From NCBI GenBank assembly GCA_963664815.2, contig CAXXHB010000003.1, positions 2,688,001 to 2,752,000 on the forward strand: a DNA stretch of 64,000 bases. The letters run 5' to 3'. The DNA comes from Spirochaetota bacterium (lineage in GTDB: Bacteria > Spirochaetota > UBA4802 > UBA5550). The notes beneath the pieces were generated by a model. The model had not been told where the DNA came from and ran no database searches. It worked only from the letters and a program-made list of their open reading frames with translations. This document shows, piece by piece, positions 60,027-64,000 of the stretch; the stretch's first letter is position 1, and every line of letters starts with the position of its first letter. Made by a program: the position numbers and the translations under genes.

Positions 60027-61520
60027 ATGAAGAAAAAATATTTTAATGGAATCTGTCATCTGATATCGGTTTGTATCGTTGCTGTTATAAATATTAATTT
60101 AACAGGATGCGCTACTCTGGATTACACCAAGCTGCCTGATGAAACTGATTATAACGACCCCAAGGTCAACCCGTCAAAAAACACCGGCATAAAACTTATA
60201 AGCAGCTACCAGAGCCAGGTAAACAGAAAATGCAAGGTTCACAGGGACACACTTGTTGCCATGGCCATCTCCGGAGGGGGTCACAGAGCCGCAAATTTCG
60301 CAGCCGGAGTAATGTCGGAGCTTGAGAATTATGAAGTATTAAAAGAGATAGATTACATCTCTACAGTATCAGGAGGGGGTTTTGCCGCATCAATATATAT
60401 GGCATCCCTTATAGATCATATAAACGACAAAGGTTTAAACAAAGGGAGCAACGAAAATTACAGCTTTAATGAATATATCTATCCCGGAACCCTGAATAAA
60501 AATTCACTTTTAAAGGATCTGGAGAGAGATTACACATGGTCCCTGATCTTCGGCTTTCTTAACCCGCTCAACTGGTTTCCCCCTAAAGACAGGGGTGATC
60601 TCCTTGAAACATCAATAGACAAACATGTTCTTGGCCGCAAGTGGAGGGGAAGAAGTCTGCTGATCAGTGATGTTTTCAAGTATGAGGATAAGTCTGAAAA
60701 CCCCGATTTCTCAAAAATGGTTCCATACTGGGTTACTAACGCAACAATTTATAATGACGGGGCACATTTCCCCTTTGCGCCTGAAGTATTGAAAAAATAT
60801 GGTGTTTTTCAATATACACACAGAAGCTGGAGGGAAGATATTGCCGGTGATAATGTAAGCGTGATGCCCCTTGCGGTCGGAGTCAAGGCAAGCGCAAGTT
60901 TTCCTATCGGTGTTCCACCTTCAACATTAAGATGTAAACTGGATATTAACAAAAGTACGTATGATGATTTATTCCTGCATCTGATGGATGGCGGGTGTTC
61001 CGACAACCTTGGTGTTGATACAGCTATCAGAATGCTTGATGAAGGTGCAGTCAAAGAGAAGAAAAAGAGACTTAAAAAGGTACTTCTTGTAATTGATGCA
61101 TTTAAAGGATCTTCATTCCCCTATTCAGGGAGGGAAAGGGAGCCGAACGAGGGTTCCGAAATGATAAAAACCATGAATATCGGCCTTGATTCAAAACATG
61201 TGAATATTAAACATGATCTTGAGGCAGATAAAAATATAGATGTTATCTTCTTTGATTTCGAATGTATAGATGAAAATGATCTGACTAAAATATATGATGA
61301 TCTTGTTTCAAAGGGTGAAATAGATAAAAATGATAAAGATGCCAAAAAAATAATAATGGCCGGCCCGAAGCATGTATCGACTGCTTTTAATGTAAGCAAA
61401 ACAGAGCAGCTTCTTCTTCTTGAGTCCGGGAAGACAGCAGTGCGGAAAACAATCATAAAGGAATCTTCAGCATCAAAAAAGAGAAAAAATTCATTTCTTG
61501 ATATTGTTAAACGGAAATAG
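60027..61520 (+). CDS. Patatin-like phospholipase lipoprotein
   Basis: Lipobox LTGC; SGGGHRAA oxyanion motif, STVSGGG nucleophile, ASASFP, DGG. Confidence 0.9.
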   Translation: MKKKYFNGICHLISVCIVAVININLTGCATLDYTKLPDETDYNDPKVNPSKNTGIKLISSYQSQVNRKCKVHRDTLVAMAISGGGHRAANFAAGVMSELENYEVLKEIDYISTVSGGGFAASIYMASLIDHINDKGLNKGSNENYSFNEYIYPGTLNKNSLLKDLERDYTWSLIFGFLNPLNWFPPKDRGDLLETSIDKHVLGRKWRGRSLLISDVFKYEDKSENPDFSKMVPYWVTNATIYNDGAHFPFAPEVLKKYGVFQYTHRSWREDIAGDNVSVMPLAVGVKASASFPIGVPPSTLRCKLDINKSTYDDLFLHLMDGGCSDNLGVDTAIRMLDEGAVKEKKKRLKKVLLVIDAFKGSSFPYSGREREPNEGSEMIKTMNIGLDSKHVNIKHDLEADKNIDVIFFDFECIDENDLTKIYDDLVSKGEIDKNDKDAKKIIMAGPKHVSTAFNVSKTEQLLLLESGKTAVRKTIIKESSASKKRKNSFLDIVKRK

Positions 61521-61529
61521 ACACTCCCG

Positions 61530-61737
61530 GTGAACATGCCCGTTTCGACTCCGCTCAACGAGCGGTGTACGAATGAACATGCTCGTTTCGACTCCGCTCA
61601 ACGAGCGGTGCGCGAGTGAACCATCTAAAATTTATGCACACCACGCTCCCTGAGCGGAGTCGAAGGGTGCTGTTCATGTGGTTCGACAGGCTCACCAACC
61701 GCGGAGTCGAAGGGCTTGCCCTGAGCGGAGTCGAAGG
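61530..61737 (+). repeat. Second copy of array end plus terminal module
   Basis: Two 43-bp units (61542, 61585) followed by the same CATCTAAAATTTATGCACACCACGCTCCCTGAGCGGAGTCGAAGG... block as at 59604; offset 2018 bp. Confidence 0.95.
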
Positions 61738-61857
61738 AAACCTGTTCCTTATCTCTTTATGTTCAAATGGATTTAGTTTGTTGACTTAATCGAGAATTCT
61801 TTTAACTGAAGGTGCCATGATTTGTTATGTAGTAAGTTCAATTATTTACAATATCGA

Positions 61858-62256
61858 TTATTCCCAATCTTCTATTTTAAGTCTATCTATTCTTGAAAAC
61901 TCTTTAGTATTATGCGTCACGAGAATAAGATTATTGCGCATTGCAATGGCTGCTATCTGCATATCATATGCACCTATTAAGCTTCCAGTTTTTTCAAGAA
62001 TTGACCTGATCTCACCATAAATAAAAGCACAGTCATCATCAAATGATAAAGAATTAAATGGAGCAAAGAACTGATTTAGTTTCTCTGTATTTTTAGTTTT
62101 GTTTTTACTTTTTAATACTCCATATATTAATTCAGATTTAACTATAGAACAGAGAATGATATCTTCAGGTTTAAAGCTCTGAAGCTTTAATTTGACAGGT
62201 TCAGAGTCACCATTTATAAATTTAATACATACATTGGTATCAAGCAGATATTTCAT
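61858..62256 (-). CDS. vapC: PIN-domain toxin
   Basis: YLLDTNVCI, SEL.YG, IGAYDMQIAAIA, LVTHNTKEF..I..L.IEDW. Confidence 0.95.
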   Translation of the reverse strand: MKYLLDTNVCIKFINGDSEPVKLKLQSFKPEDIILCSIVKSELIYGVLKSKNKTKNTEKLNQFFAPFNSLSFDDDCAFIYGEIRSILEKTGSLIGAYDMQIAAIAMRNNLILVTHNTKEFSRIDRLKIEDWE

Positions 62257-62477
62257 TTTATAGTAATCCTTTCAATAATATCTCCCTGAGTACCTCTGAT
62301 TATTTTTTCTGATTTCATAAATCCATAGGTTTCTTTAAAAAAATTTGCAGGCCATGATGAGGCTTTATTTTCTTCGATAAGTATGATTATTTCTGCGCTG
62401 TTGCCTTTATATTTTTCAAGCTCAGGTATAACAAGCTTGCCTGACTTTATATCCTGTTTAATTTTTATTGCTATCAT
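62253..62477 (-). CDS. Putative antitoxin of the VapC
   Basis: 74-aa ORF with GGAGG RBS; ATGA overlap with vapC. Confidence 0.8.
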   Translation of the reverse strand: MIAIKIKQDIKSGKLVIPELEKYKGNSAEIIILIEENKASSWPANFFKETYGFMKSEKIIRGTQGDIIERITIK

Positions 62478-62754
62478 GAAGAAACCTCCTTTACATCATA
62501 AAGATAGTTTAAGCAATTTATCCTGTTTGAGTCAAGTATCTTTAAGATTTGTTATAATATAATAATACGTGTGGGAAATACTGTTGAATAAATTTTTTTA
62601 TGTATTTAAGGAATACTTTTTATTTATTCAGCTATCCGAACACGATTACGGGATTAAGGGATTTACGGGATTGGTATCACAGCGGTTCTTTTACTTTGAA
62701 GATTCGCATTGTTCATAAAACCGGCAAAATTAAACCGGTGAAAAGCAGCAAATT

Positions 62755-63762
62755 CTAACCGCTGTTGACAATTGCATATTTCCCTTTTTCTGTTATTCTG
62801 TATCTCTGCAGACGACTGTTGGGTTTGTCCGGTATTGTCATTTCAATCACCCCCACTTCAATTGAGGGTTGTATATATCTCTCACGGAAGTTCTTTTCAT
62901 CTTTTAATCCGAGTTTTTCCTGAATTTCTTTTCGTGTCATATCTCCATTGATTATTAAAAGCATTTTTTTAACTTCGGGTGTGACTTCAGGTGTGACTTC
63001 GGGGGTAACGGTCGTCCTTAACGCTTCCGCAATCATTCTGAGCATAAATTCAATAAAGAATGAAGAATCGGCCTTCTTTGTGCTTTCTTTTATTGCGTTA
63101 TAATAATCCGCCTGATGCCTGAAAACGATGCTTTCAACAGGTATATTTATAAAAACCGGATTCCATTTATAAAGAATCAGGGTCTGCCACAGCCTTCCGA
63201 TTCTGCCATTGCCGTCTTCAAAGGGGTGGATAAATTCAAACTCATAATGAAACACAGAACCTGCAATGAGAGGATGGTGGTCAGTATTTTTCAGCCACCC
63301 CAGAAGGTTTTTCATAAGCATGGATACACGGTCAGCCGGAGGCGCAAGATGAACCACCTTCTCACCTGCCATCACGCCAACGCCCCCTTTTCTGTAAGCG
63401 CCCGGTTTATCAAGCAGCCCATCCATCAATATCTTGTGAGCTTTAAGTATATCCTTTTCTGAATATGGGAACCATTTATCAATACTGTCATAAGCACGAA
63501 TCGCGTTGTGCACCTCCATGATTTCACGAGGCGTGGCTATTACTTTTCTACCATCCAGAATTGCAGTAATCTGCTCTTCGCTCATGGTATTCCCCTCTAT
63601 GGCCAGAGAACCCTGGATTGTCTTAACCCGGTTAACCTTCCGCAGACGCAGATTATCAGAATGATCAGTGAACGCAGTAATACGGCCTACCATTTCGGAT
63701 ATTTCAGAAATGAGTGATATAACTGCCGGTGTTATTTTAAATGGAGGCATGTATTCAGGCAT
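62755..63762 (-). CDS. Fic-domain protein (class II) with C-terminal HTH-like domain
   Basis: [12 protein letters not shown] catalytic motif, SLAIEGN inhibitory motif, (VTPE)3 linker. Confidence 0.95.
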   Translation of the reverse strand: MPEYMPPFKITPAVISLISEISEMVGRITAFTDHSDNLRLRKVNRVKTIQGSLAIEGNTMSEEQITAILDGRKVIATPREIMEVHNAIRAYDSIDKWFPYSEKDILKAHKILMDGLLDKPGAYRKGGVGVMAGEKVVHLAPPADRVSMLMKNLLGWLKNTDHHPLIAGSVFHYEFEFIHPFEDGNGRIGRLWQTLILYKWNPVFINIPVESIVFRHQADYYNAIKESTKKADSSFFIEFMLRMIAEALRTTVTPEVTPEVTPEVKKMLLIINGDMTRKEIQEKLGLKDEKNFRERYIQPSIEVGVIEMTIPDKPNSRLQRYRITEKGKYAIVNSG

Positions 63763-64000
63763 TCCGGTTGTTCTCCATAGTTTATTTTATAACTCTTTTT
63801 TACCACCCTAACCTGCTGTTCAAACTGCGGTATCCGGAACATCGGTTGAGGCTGATTGATCTTAACAATCCATTCATCACCGGAGGGATTTTTCTCCTGT
63901 TTCCAGTGATGACCTTTTGGCAGATCATCAATCATCAGTTTATCATTGAAATAGCGGTTATTTCAATATATATTCACCATAACATGTATGCACCTGGCAG

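Noticed and set aside
60027-61520. CBASS CapV-type defence effector
   Set aside because: The patatin has a lipoprotein signal and no cyclase or other CBASS gene is adjacent.
63732-63935. 67-aa ORF overlapping the fic start
   Set aside because: No RBS or motif, in-frame stop shortly upstream, and its context is cut by the window edge.
47974-64000. Classical integron with attC sites
   Set aside because: No intI, genes are in mixed orientation, and no convincing RYYYAAC...GTTRRRY sites were found.

Overview
AT-rich bacterial chromosomal window, most likely from a free-living spirochaete of the Leptospira-related side of Spirochaetota. This is an inference from the short hinge-less Smc, the FecR/LipL45-type and other lipoproteins, and the membrane-bound PP2C and LuxR proteins. 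The left part is largely core: uvrA (partial, missing from the ORF track), smc, nadC-nadA-nadB, rlmA-like, azlCD, ald and a leuA-like gene. It also holds an uncharacterised ~8.5-kb cluster at 10.2-18.7 kb (M20 amidohydrolase, two ArnE/ArnF-like flippase subunits, FemAB-like GNAT, arginase-fold protein, class-III aminotransferase, HAD phosphatase, Cys-nucleophile alpha/beta hydrolase) that looks like a pathway for an aminated/acylated envelope component. The right part (48-64 kb) is accessory: a 7-repeat lipoprotein, a secreted CNF1/BLF1-like Cys-His deamidase candidate, a 21 x 43-bp REP-like tandem array whose terminal module is repeated 2018 bp downstream and brackets a patatin lipoprotein gene, a deletion-type pseudogene, VapBC and Fic. 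Regulatory signals seen directly: a consensus sigma-54 promoter upstream of the leuA-like gene, a BlaI operator, and perfect 62-bp and 28-bp palindromes. No rRNA, tRNA, transposase, integrase or true CRISPR array was recognised. All functional calls come from motif reading, not database searches.
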